A stretch of 32,000 nt of DNA from Candidatus Atelocyanobacterium thalassa isolate ALOHA (GTDB taxonomy: Bacteria; Cyanobacteriota; Cyanobacteriia; Cyanobacteriales; Microcystaceae), in assembly GCF_000025125.1 (NCBI RefSeq), contig NC_013771.1:1110001-1142000 (forward strand). The letters run 5' to 3'. Numbering within the stretch: the stretch's first letter is position 1; every line of letters starts with the position of its first letter. Positions 7,911 through 17,585 of the stretch are shown here, in pieces. Position numbers and translations under genes: made by a program. The notes under the pieces were generated by a model, which saw nothing but the letters and a program-made list of their open reading frames with translations, was not told the origin of the DNA and ran no database searches.

Positions 7911-10087
7911 CTACTTATATTGTTTTAATCGCAAGTAAGTTTCCTGGTCATAAATACGTAAATAATTCCAATAGTTACTGAATACTGATTTGACATAATT
8001 TTTGGTTTCTTTAAACGGAATTTCTTCTACAAAGAGATCAGGATCTTGGGTTTTATATTGTTTTACCCAGTTTGATACATTATTTGGTCCTGCGTTGTAG
8101 CTTGCAACAGCTAATAAAGAATTATTATTATATTTTTTATGAGTGTAATCTAAATACCAAACTCCTAAAAAAATATTATCATTCAAGTCATTTAGGTGAT
8201 AGTGTTTAATGTTCATCTGATTAGATATCCATTCTCCAGTGATTGGCATTACTTGCATTATACCTGTTGCTCCTACAGGTGATTCGCTACTATTTTCAAA
8301 TCGGGACTCTTGACGCATTACTGACATAATTAATAGAGGATTTAATTTATAGTGCTTAGCCCAATTGGTTATGGATTGATAAAAAGGAAGTGGAAATAAA
8401 GCTCGCCAATATTGATCCTCTTTTCGAAGATTTTTCCATTCTTGTTTTTCAGAAAAATTATTTTTATTTTGAAGATTCCAGATCTGATTGATAGATTGAA
8501 GATTTTTCCCGTGAGTTAATTTTAGTAAAGCATCAGTAAAACCTTGTTTAACACTAAAATCATAATTTTGATTAGTCTCTGCTTTAAAAAGCAATAATGC
8601 ATCATTATCTTGACCTAACCGATACAACGTTTTAAATATTTCAGATCCAGCAGGAGGAGTGGGACGAAGAGTTGGTTGGCTAATCAAAGGGAATATCTGG
8701 CGCAAATTATTAAAATCTCCTACGTTCCATCCTAATTGGATAGCAGAGCGCCAGGCATAATAGGATTGAGGATGATTTTTTATTACATTTTGAAATACTA
8801 GTCTAGATTCTTGAAAATTACCTAATTTTTTTTCCCACTTACCTAGCCAAAACCCTGCTTTTGGAGCTATTGGACTATCTGTATTGTCAATAAAAATTGA
8901 TTTTGCCCATTCTTTAGCTTTTAAAAAATCTTTTTTATTAACAGCTTTTTTAACAATTTGCCAGCGATATGTAGCAGTTGATTTATGATGAGGATATTTA
9001 AAAATTAATAACTTATAAATTTTATCTGCTTCATTAGTACGATTCAATTTTTGCAATAATTTTGCTTTGTGCAAAAGACTTTCTGGAATGTCTACATCGG
9101 ATTTTTGCATAACTTGGTCAAGATAGTTAAGAGCAATTTCAGGAGGTGATAATATTATTAATCTCTTTAGTGATAGCAATGCTTCTGAAGAATCGGGAAA
9201 ATTTACAAGTATTTTTTTGTAAGTTTCAAATATTTTTTTTGTTTTTTTTTGATTAAATTCTAATTCTTGTCCTCTAGCTAAACGATAAAGGTTGTGAGGA
9301 CTTTTTTTAGCTTTCAGATATGCAAAAGAAGCTTTATCATATTCTCGAGTTTCCCAATAACCATTCCCAATAGTTTCCCAGTCTTGAGGAAGTAACTGTT
9401 CTGTATAGTTATTAACTAGATAATTACGAACATTATTAGCTTTTTTATCATATATGGCATGTCTTGCTAAAGATATTAGTAATTCAAATTGTTTAGGATC
9501 TTCTTCCAGTCTCTTGTAAATTAATTCTTGAATCTTAGGATGTTGAGGAAACTTGATAATTCCTACATCCCAATATTTGGATTCATATTTTCCTAATTGA
9601 TAATAAGCCTCTGCTGATACAAAAGATGCAGGGTATTTTTTAATTAATATTCTCCAAATGTCTTTAGCTTGTGTAAGATTATTTGTTAACTCATAACCTC
9701 TAGCTCTTTTTAATAGAATATAAGGCATTAAGATAGGATATTCATGTTCTAAATGCTTTAATTGTCTTAGAGCAAGACCTCCTTCATATTGTGTGAGTAA
9801 ATCAACAGATAAAAGATAGCGTGCACGTGCTCTTTCTATAGATGGCTTTTTCTGAGAAGCAATTCTTTCTAAGGTATCTTTTCTTTGCTTTGCGGGAACT
9901 TCCGCTAGAGTTAAAACAATAGATTCCTTTTTAAGATCTTGCTGAAAAAGTAATTTAATATCATTATATTTTCTCTTCTCCGTCCATCTTTTAAGTTCAG
10001 GAAATAAAAAAAAGTACTAGTCAATCCGACTAATATCATGCTGAGAATAATAATTGATTGGTACTTATTTTTTGGTTTATTGAACAT
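7911..10087 (-). CDS. Soluble lytic murein transglycosylase (Slt70-like: superhelical repeat domain plus C-terminal SLT domain). It is interrupted by a 1-nt frameshift in an A8 tract, so it may be a pseudogene or depend on slippage for expression.
   Basis: The 605-aa ORF 7911-9728 carries the SLT catalytic region (MRQESRFENSSESPVGATGIMQVMP ... ASYNAGPNNV). The same frame stays open, without any ATG/GTG/TTG, for 96 more codons upstream to a stop at 10017-10019. These codons are protein-like (..FLFPELKRWTEKRKYNDIKLLFQQDLKKESIVLTLAEVPAKQRKDTLERIASQKKPSIERARARYLLSVDLLTQYEGGLALRQLKHLEHEYPIL-M). The signal-anchor MFNKPKNKYQSIIILSMILVGLTSTFF starts at ATG 10087 in another frame. The two frames meet in the A8 run at 10006-10013. 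Confidence 0.8.
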
Positions 10088-10645
10088 TTCAATTTTATAA
10101 ATATTATTCAAAAATTTTTTACTATGTTCTAAGACTCATTTCAGTAATGTTAATCATAATTGATACTCTAATTTAATTAACTGATACTTATCAAATGACT
10201 TATATTGACTTTTTTATGAACATATATGTGTAAAAAATTTAATTGTTATCGTATTTTAATTATAAAAATATAACTAATCATCTTACTAAAAAACATAAAA
10301 ATGAAGGTTAAAAATCCTAGAATACTTTTATTTTAGCCTAGAAAAATATTCTAGCCATAGAAAATAAAATACTATATTTTTTATATATGTACTGTAAGTA
10401 ATCTACAGAAGTAAGACAATGTTTATTTAAAAACCTAATATAAATTATTAGCAAAACATAATACTCACGATATTTAATTTTATTCTCGTCATGGAGATAG
10501 ATACGAAGTTCGAAATAATCATAGAAAGAATATTAGCTTTCATAAATTATAAAAGCAACTTTATCTAATCGAAGAAGTCTATCATATTTAAGTGAGTACT
10601 TTTACGTCTAAGTATTTACTAGGGTAAATTACTTGTTTCCTAGGT

Positions 10646-12457
10646 GTGAGGATTATGTATATGTTAAATTTGTTGACGAAATCTCTTAAAATTATTCCAG
10701 TGACTTTGGGAACTTTTCTGCTAGTTACATCTGGAGTAACAGCTACAACTACCGAAATTAAAATTCAAAAAACTAAAATAAATACTGTTTCTCCTGAAGA
10801 AGCATTAAGCGTATTAAAAAATCGTCCACAACTAAAAGTACCTGTTAGTCAGGATAATATAAAACAATTTAGAGATACGACTTTTAGCGATAATATGTCT
10901 CAGGTAACTAACATATCTGAGTTACAAGATGTTTCACCTACTGATTGGGCCTATGAAGCACTTAGAAGTCTTGTTGAACGCTATGGTTGTATTGTAGGTT
11001 ATCCTGATCGTACTTTTAGAGGTAACTATTCTGCTTCTAGAAACGAATTTGCAGCTGGCTTAAACTCTTGTTTAAATACTATTGAAAGATTACTACAGGA
11101 AAATGTAGCTGTTTTAAGAGAAGATATTGAAAAATTAAAACGTTTATCTCAAGAATTTGAACAAGAACTAATTGCTTTGGGTGCAAGAGTAAGTAACCTT
11201 GAATCAAGAGCTGCTTTTCTTGAAGATCATCAATTTTCAACTACTACAAAGCTAAAAGGTGAAGTTTTGTTTACTCTTTCTTCAGCTGCAGGGGAAAGAG
11301 CACTAGATTTTAGAGAACAAGATTTATCAAACCAAGGCTTGTTACCTGCAGAACGCCGTCGTATCGACGACAATGCTACCTTTGGATATAGGACAAGATT
11401 ATTCCTAAGCACCTCTTTCTCAGGAAAGGATCTATTGAGAACTCGTATTCAAGCTGGTAGTATTCCAAATCTTAAAGAGTTTACAGGTACTGAAATGACT
11501 CGCCTAAGCCATGATGCTCAGCAAAATGGTAATGCAGTTGTTAATAAATTGTACTATCGTTTCCCCACTGGCAACTTTACAACTTGGGTCGGAGCAGAAA
11601 ATTTAGAGATAAATGATATTTTTGATGAGGGTAACCCATTCTTAAAAAGTTCGGGTACAGGTGCATTATCTAGATTTATTCGTCGAGATCCCTTGACTAT
11701 GAGAGGACCAGAAGGAATTGGTGGTGGTTTCGCCTTTAAATTCAATGATATGTTTACACTTAGAGGTCTTTACCTATCTAAAGATGGTAACAAGCCTTCT
11801 CTTAGCAATGGTTTGTTTAACGGTAACTTTACTGCTGGAACCCAGCTAGCCTTTAAGCCAATAGATTCAGTTTCATTAAATGTTCATTTTCTTCATTCTT
11901 ATTTTACGTCTAATGATGTTAACATTAGTTCTTCTACAGGAAGTTACGTTGAAAAACATTTTCGCTCTAAATCTGTTAAAAATAAAGTAGGAAGAGGTAT
12001 CGGTAGAGATCCGTTTTTGGGCACTCCAACTATTAGAGATAGTTATGGAGCAAATGGTAATTGGCGTATTAACAATACATTTAACTTAACAGGCTGGGTC
12101 GGTTATTCTTTAGCAAGAGCCCAAGGCCATGATTCTTCAGGAGTTAGTCGTCGTGGATTTGGAGCAGATTACTGGTCATGGATGACTGCTCTTTCCGCAG
12201 TAGATTTCTTTAAAGATGGAGCTGTTTTATCAGTAGCAGGTGGTTCCCTCCCTAATTCTCGACGTATTGACGCTATTCCAGGAGATTTAACTGTTCCCGA
12301 TCAAGATACTCCTTATATAGTTGAAGCTCAATATAAATATCCGATTAACGACAATATCCTTTTAACTCCTGGATTTTATGTAATATTACAACCAGATGGT
12401 AACAACTTAAATAATAGTATTTGGGTTGGCGCTCTAAGAACTAGTTTTCTCTTTTAA
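10646..12457 (+). CDS. Outer-membrane porin with an N-terminal SLH domain and a C-terminal OprB-like beta-barrel (cyanobacterial Som-type porin)
   Basis: 603 aa with a signal peptide (..LGTFLLVTSGVTA) and an SLH motif (DVSPTDWAYEALRSLVERYGCIVGYPDRTFRG). A coiled-coil linker follows, then a long beta-rich region ending in the OMP-type terminal ..ALRTSFLF. The start may be ATG 10655 or 10661 rather than GTG 10646. Confidence 0.9.
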   Translation: MRIMYMLNLLTKSLKIIPVTLGTFLLVTSGVTATTTEIKIQKTKINTVSPEEALSVLKNRPQLKVPVSQDNIKQFRDTTFSDNMSQVTNISELQDVSPTDWAYEALRSLVERYGCIVGYPDRTFRGNYSASRNEFAAGLNSCLNTIERLLQENVAVLREDIEKLKRLSQEFEQELIALGARVSNLESRAAFLEDHQFSTTTKLKGEVLFTLSSAAGERALDFREQDLSNQGLLPAERRRIDDNATFGYRTRLFLSTSFSGKDLLRTRIQAGSIPNLKEFTGTEMTRLSHDAQQNGNAVVNKLYYRFPTGNFTTWVGAENLEINDIFDEGNPFLKSSGTGALSRFIRRDPLTMRGPEGIGGGFAFKFNDMFTLRGLYLSKDGNKPSLSNGLFNGNFTAGTQLAFKPIDSVSLNVHFLHSYFTSNDVNISSSTGSYVEKHFRSKSVKNKVGRGIGRDPFLGTPTIRDSYGANGNWRINNTFNLTGWVGYSLARAQGHDSSGVSRRGFGADYWSWMTALSAVDFFKDGAVLSVAGGSLPNSRRIDAIPGDLTVPDQDTPYIVEAQYKYPINDNILLTPGFYVILQPDGNNLNNSIWVGALRTSFLF

Positions 12458-12475
12458 CTAGAAGTTAGTTCTGCG

Positions 12476-12501
12476 GAGGCAAGTAAAGTGGTACTTGCCT
12501 C
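12476..12501 (+). terminator. Intrinsic terminator of the porin gene
   Basis: gaggcaagta (12476-12485) pairs perfectly with tacttgcctc (12492-12501), with a 6-nt loop, followed by tactttta. It starts 19 nt after the stop codon. Confidence 0.65.
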
Positions 12502-12578
12502 TACTTTTACTAGTACATTTAGTACAATTTATTAAACAAAGTATTGTTATTTTAATAAATACTATCTTTCAAAAGAAT

Positions 12579-12629
12579 AAATAAGATAATGGAGCGTAAT
12601 TTGATAAATTACGCTCCATTATCTTATTT
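12579..12629. repeat. Perfect 24-bp palindrome with a 3-nt loop
   Basis: I checked base by base that 12579-12602 (aaataagataatggagcgtaattt) is the exact reverse complement of 12606-12629 (aaattacgctccattatcttattt). The loop is gat. It lies about 80 nt downstream of the porin terminator and about 270 nt upstream of ftsH. Confidence 0.85.
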
Positions 12630-12895
12630 TCAAGGATTACTTAAAAATCTCAATTTAAAATATTCATGGTTGAATTATATTTATAGTTTTCTAAATTACT
12701 TAATTAAATTTTCTACATATTTGCTTTAAGTTTGAAATTTGCTAGTCAATTTTCCATGAGAAACGTTAACATAAATTAACAAGCATTTTTATTAAAGATT
12801 TCCTACGTCATAGACGTTATTATCTGCTTAAGTTTTTATTTCTGATATATTTTACTTAATTCTATCTTCACCCTATTTAAAAAGAGGTTGACAGC

Positions 12896-14752
12896 GTGAA
12901 CAACAATAACAAAAAATGGCGAAATGCCGGACTATACGGGCTCTTATTAATTGTCGTATTGGCATTAGTATCTGCTTTTTTAGATAATAGCAATACTCAG
13001 AGTCGTGAAAATCTTACGTATAGCGATTTCATTAATCAAGTAGAAAACAACCAAATTGAACAAGTAATATTAAGCGCAGATAGGACACAGGCTAAAGTCT
13101 CTAGTTCTAACAGTGGTGCTCCTTTATTGGTTAATTTACCAAATGACCCAGAACTTATTAATATTCTTTCTGAGAATAAAGTTGATATCGTAATTCAGCC
13201 ACAAAATAGCGAAGGAGTCTGGTTCCGAGTTCTTAGCAGTCTTTTCTTGCCTATGTTACTTTTGGTAGGACTTTTCTTCCTATTACGAAGAACACAAAAT
13301 GGACCTGGTTCTCAGGCAATGAATTTTGGCAAGTCAAAAGCAAGAGTTCAAATGGAACCTCAAACTCAAGTTACTTTTGGTGATGTCGCTGGTATAGAAC
13401 AAGCCAAATTAGAATTAACTGAAGTGGTTGATTTCCTTAAGAATGCTGATCGCTTTACTGCTATTGGTGCAAAAATTCCTAAAGGAGTTCTTTTAGTTGG
13501 ACCACCTGGGACTGGTAAAACCCTCCTAGCAAGAGCAGTGGCTGGAGAAGCAGGAGTGCCCTTTTTCTCTATCTCTGGATCAGAATTTGTAGAAATGTTC
13601 GTTGGGGTTGGAGCTTCTCGTGTCCGTGATTTATTTGAGCAGGCAAAAAGTAACGCACCCTGTATTGTTTTTATTGATGAAATAGATGCAGTAGGACGTC
13701 AGAGAGGAGCCGGTTTAGGCGGTGGCAATGATGAGAGAGAACAAACTTTAAATCAGCTTTTAACAGAAATGGATGGGTTTGAAGGCAATACAGGAATTAT
13801 CATAATTGCTGCCACTAACCGTCCTGATGTTTTAGATGCTGCTCTATTGCGTCCTGGACGTTTTGATCGTCAAGTTGTTGTTGACCGACCAGATTATGCT
13901 GGTAGAAGAGAGATTCTTCAAGTCCATTCTCGCGGAAAAACTCTTTCTAAAGATGTTGACCTTGATAAAATTGCCCGCCGCACTCCTGGTTTTACAGGAG
14001 CGGATCTTTCTAATTTATTAAATGAAGCTGCAATTTTAGCAGCTCGCCGTAGTCTGACTGAAATTTCGATGGATGAGGTTAATGATGCCATTGATAGAGT
14101 TCTGGCGGGACCTGAGAAAAAGAATAGAGTTATGAGTGAAAAAAGAAAAACACTAGTAGCATTTCATGAAGCAGGGCATGCATTGGTGGGTGCATTAATG
14201 CCTGATTACGATCCTGTACAAAAAATTAGTATTATTCCACGTGGCCAAGCAGGCGGCCTGACTTGGTTTACTCCCAGTGAAGAAAGGATGGAATCAGGTC
14301 TATATTCTCGTTCTTACTTACAAAATCAAATGGCAGTTGCCTTAGGTGGGAGAGTAGCGGAAGAAATTATTTTTGGAGCAGAAGAAGTAACAACAGGTGC
14401 TTCTAATGATTTACAGCAAGTAACGAGAGTAGCAAGACAAATGATTACTCGTTTTGGTATGAGTGATCGTTTGGGACCTGTAGCTTTAGGAAGGCAAAAT
14501 GGTGGTGGAGTATTTTTAGGAAAAGAAATTGCTTCTGATAGAGATTTTTCAAATGAAACTGCATCTGCTGTAGATGAAGAAGTCCGTCAGCTAGTAGACA
14601 TCGCGTATAAGCGTGCAAAAAATGTACTAGAAGACAATCGTCATATTTTAAATGATTTAGCAGCAATGCTAATAGAAAAAGAAACAATTGATTCAGATGA
14701 GTTGCAAACAATTCTAAATAATAATCAATTAACTATGGCCAAATTAGCTTAG
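12896..14752 (+). CDS. ftsH: ATP-dependent zinc metalloprotease FtsH
   Basis: 618 aa with two N-terminal TM segments, Walker A GPPGTGKT, Walker [19 protein letters not shown] and the zinc motif HEAGHAL. It uses a GTG start with AGAGG 9 nt upstream. Confidence 0.97.
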   Translation: MNNNNKKWRNAGLYGLLLIVVLALVSAFLDNSNTQSRENLTYSDFINQVENNQIEQVILSADRTQAKVSSSNSGAPLLVNLPNDPELINILSENKVDIVIQPQNSEGVWFRVLSSLFLPMLLLVGLFFLLRRTQNGPGSQAMNFGKSKARVQMEPQTQVTFGDVAGIEQAKLELTEVVDFLKNADRFTAIGAKIPKGVLLVGPPGTGKTLLARAVAGEAGVPFFSISGSEFVEMFVGVGASRVRDLFEQAKSNAPCIVFIDEIDAVGRQRGAGLGGGNDEREQTLNQLLTEMDGFEGNTGIIIIAATNRPDVLDAALLRPGRFDRQVVVDRPDYAGRREILQVHSRGKTLSKDVDLDKIARRTPGFTGADLSNLLNEAAILAARRSLTEISMDEVNDAIDRVLAGPEKKNRVMSEKRKTLVAFHEAGHALVGALMPDYDPVQKISIIPRGQAGGLTWFTPSEERMESGLYSRSYLQNQMAVALGGRVAEEIIFGAEEVTTGASNDLQQVTRVARQMITRFGMSDRLGPVALGRQNGGGVFLGKEIASDRDFSNETASAVDEEVRQLVDIAYKRAKNVLEDNRHILNDLAAMLIEKETIDSDELQTILNNNQLTMAKLA

Positions 14753-14760
14753 TACTAATT

Positions 14761-14818
14761 AACAAGGTTGTTAACAGGTCATTTTATTTAAGACATGATA
14801 TGTTAACAACCTTGTTTT
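14761..14818 (+). terminator. Probable intrinsic terminator of ftsH
   Basis: aacaaggttgttaaca (14761-14776) is the exact reverse complement of tgttaacaaccttgtt (14801-14816). The loop is 24 nt, and the 3' arm runs into tttt. It starts 9 nt after the stop codon. Confidence 0.6.
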
Positions 14819-15060
14819 GCAATTTCTAAAAAATATTTTTAAAGATGGATCGGTTATATACTCTCTCTTAAACTCAATGATTTATGCTTGTTAGCATAAA
14901 ATCTTATGTATTGATAATAGATGACCCATAAATCCAAGAATTAAATTAGTCATAGGAATTAGTAATTTTAAGGCATAGTTTTAAGCTTACTAACTAATTC
15001 CTTCAAGAGTTAAGAAATCCACAATATTTGTAGTTCTTGAATGTTTACTTTTAATATTTA

Positions 15061-15351
15061 TCAGAAACCTACTGCACTATATGCAGATAGACTATCTAAA
15101 ATACTAGATACAAACTGTAATGCAAGAATAGCTAAAATTGCAGAAATATCAATACCACCTAATGGAGGTATGAATGAACGGAAAATATTAAGATATGGAT
15201 CAATAATAGGGCTTAGAAAAGACATAGCATTATATGCCCACTCTGCAGTTTGAAACCAAGAAAGTAAAATACGAATAAAAATTAATACAAGGTATATGTT
15301 AAGGAATGTGTTGAGAGTTTGAAAAATTAGCTGGGTGATAGCAGTATTCAT
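15061..15351 (-). CDS. YGGT family (Ycf19-like) membrane protein
   Basis: 96 aa with the YggT-type pattern ..LNIYLVLIFIRILLSWF.. and ..PIIDPYLNIFRSFIPPLGGIDISAILAILAL.. Confidence 0.85.
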   Translation of the reverse strand: MNTAITQLIFQTLNTFLNIYLVLIFIRILLSWFQTAEWAYNAMSFLSPIIDPYLNIFRSFIPPLGGIDISAILAILALQFVSSILDSLSAYSAVGF

Positions 15352-15474
15352 TTTTAATTATTTTCCTCATTCATAAATATATATTCTTTAACGATTCTAT
15401 ATCAATTTTAGATAACATGGCATGGCAAATTATTTAGATATTTCTATAGGATTATCTTTTAAGTATAAAAAATA

Positions 15475-17220
15475 TTAATTAATAGCTTCTACTAGTTGAT
15501 TTTGTTGCCATAAAGTTTGATAAAGTCCGGGTACATTTACTAAGGTTTTATGATCTCCAGTTTGTATAATTTCTCCATGATTCATTACAAAAATCCTATC
15601 TGCATGGGCAGCTGCAGATAATTGATGAGAAATGAAAATAATACTTTTCCTTTTTTTATTTGAGAGATTTTCAAGAATACGAGTAGCAGTTTTATTATCT
15701 ACACTAGAAAGAGCATCATCTAATATTAATATAGGAGAGTTCATGAGTAATGCTCGACCAAGAGCTGTACGTTGGCGTTGACCTCCTGATAAAGTGATTC
15801 CCCTCTCTCCAACCAAAGTCTCGTATTGTTGAGGAAAATTTAGAATTTCTTTATGAATTTGAGATTTTTTAGCTATATTCACTACTTCATAAATATCTTT
15901 TTGTGGATCTCCATAACGAATATTATTTAATATTGTTGTATTGAATAAGAAACTATCTTGTGGGACATAAGCGATAATTTCTCTTAATGATTTTAAATAA
16001 ATTTCAGTAAAATCATGATTATCTAAAAAAAGTGTTCCAACATTAATATCTAATAAACGGAGCAACGCATTTGCTAAAGTTGTCTTGCCAGATCCAACAG
16101 GACCTACTATTGCTATTGTTTCTCCAGGATTAATAGTAAAGTTAATGTTTTTAATAGTTGGCTTTTCGTTGCCTGGATAAGTGTAAGATAGGTCTTGTGC
16201 AGTTATTACTCCATTAACAGAATCAATAGGCAAGAATTTACTATTAACTATATTATTAACTTTAGGTTTAACTCTAAAAATAGTTTCTACCCTATCAATA
16301 CTTACTTCTCCTCTTTGATAAGCTGTAATCGTAAATCCTAATAAAGCAGTTGGGAATACTAAACGTTCAACTAAAATTATTAAGGCAATAAAGTCTCCTA
16401 TACTAATATTGTTCTTATTAATTTCATATGCTCCAAAGCTTAATAGTAATAGTAAGCTGGTATAAGACAATCCCTCAATTAAAGGAAATAAAAAGTTTTG
16501 AATTTCGGCTAATTTTAATTTAACTTTTAACAGCTGATGATTTTTATAGTTGAATTCCTGTTTTTCACTGTCTTCTTGAGCATAAATTTTTATTAAAGAT
16601 ATATTACTCATATCTTCTTGAATTAATTGGCTAAGTATAGATAACTGATTCTGTACTGCTAACTGTTGTTTTTGTAACTTTTTGCTAAAAATTTTGACTA
16701 TAATTAGCATCAAGGGATAGATAATAACTGCAAAAATACTAAGTAAGATGTTTATACTTAGCATGACGGGAAAAGTTAGAGTATAAACGAAAATTGTATT
16801 AATTAAGCTAAGTAAAGCAAAACCTACTAAACGTCGAATATTGTCGACATCACTAGTTGCACGGCTAATAAATTCTCCAGATGTATGTGTTGAAAAATAC
16901 GCTGGTTCTAAAGTTAATAAATGTTGAAATATCTTTTGCTTTAAACTAAACTCAACATCACGTCCTATTCCAAAGATCAGTAGACGAGACAGCATTCTAA
17001 TAATCCATGCAATCGAAGCTAATACAAAAATGAGAATAGCAGTTTTTAATACTTGATGAATATTAAAAGAATACCTCAAACTATCGACATTGTCTCTTAT
17101 CAGTAGAGGTATGTAAACTCCCAAACCGTTGACTATTAGTAATGAAAGTGTACCTATCAGTATACTAACTTTATAAGGGGCAAGATAAGTAATTAATTGT
17201 CTTAATTTCAATGTTTGCAT
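15475..17220 (-). CDS. ABC exporter with fused permease and ATPase (MsbA/MdlB-like)
   Basis: 581 aa with an N-terminal six-TM domain. Motifs are Walker A GPVGSGKTT, ABC signature LSGGQRQR and Walker B ILILDDALS. Confidence 0.9.
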   Translation of the reverse strand: MQTLKLRQLITYLAPYKVSILIGTLSLLIVNGLGVYIPLLIRDNVDSLRYSFNIHQVLKTAILIFVLASIAWIIRMLSRLLIFGIGRDVEFSLKQKIFQHLLTLEPAYFSTHTSGEFISRATSDVDNIRRLVGFALLSLINTIFVYTLTFPVMLSINILLSIFAVIIYPLMLIIVKIFSKKLQKQQLAVQNQLSILSQLIQEDMSNISLIKIYAQEDSEKQEFNYKNHQLLKVKLKLAEIQNFLFPLIEGLSYTSLLLLLSFGAYEINKNNISIGDFIALIILVERLVFPTALLGFTITAYQRGEVSIDRVETIFRVKPKVNNIVNSKFLPIDSVNGVITAQDLSYTYPGNEKPTIKNINFTINPGETIAIVGPVGSGKTTLANALLRLLDINVGTLFLDNHDFTEIYLKSLREIIAYVPQDSFLFNTTILNNIRYGDPQKDIYEVVNIAKKSQIHKEILNFPQQYETLVGERGITLSGGQRQRTALGRALLMNSPILILDDALSSVDNKTATRILENLSNKKRKSIIFISHQLSAAAHADRIFVMNHGEIIQTGDHKTLVNVPGLYQTLWQQNQLVEAIN

Positions 17221-17585
17221 AGACTAATAATAAAGTTCTTTTCCTATAAAGCAATATATTTAAATTATAAATAAAAGATAATGATATAAGAAATGTTTTT
17301 CATATCTTATTGATGGATCTAATAGGTAATTGATAATTGATTTATTTTAATAACGTATAAGCTATTGTAATTATTTTAAAATTATTAAGATGTTAAATAA
17401 CAATATGTGTTTCAGAATTATAAATGTGAAATAAGTCTTTTATATAGAAAATCTTATATAAACATTAGGCTATTATATCTTTAATAAAGACTAATTTAGC
17501 TAAAAGAGTTAATATAAAGAAAGTCATCTAAATTTTGACTGAGCGAGAAGAACTAGATTATTATTGAATTTAAATATTTGTTTCA

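Noticed and set aside
9911-10111. The 66-aa ORF in the track (MNNIYKIEMFNKPKNKYQ...), considered as an independent small gene
   Set aside because: Its first part, from ATG 10087, is the signal-anchor of the frameshifted transglycosylase. The remainder is out-of-frame read-through after the A8 tract. The listed start is a TTG.
11230-11745. Two minus-strand ORFs (11230-11412 and 11554-11745) inside the porin gene
   Set aside because: They are shadow ORFs antisense to a full-length SLH-OprB porin.
13836-14711. ORFs 13836-14021 (+, alternative frame) and 14445-14711 (-) within ftsH
   Set aside because: They are embedded in a near-perfectly conserved FtsH coding sequence, and their translations are Leu-rich nonsense.
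15041-15253. 70-aa + strand ORF overlapping yggT
   Set aside because: It is antisense to a recognisable YGGT-family protein and has no supporting features.
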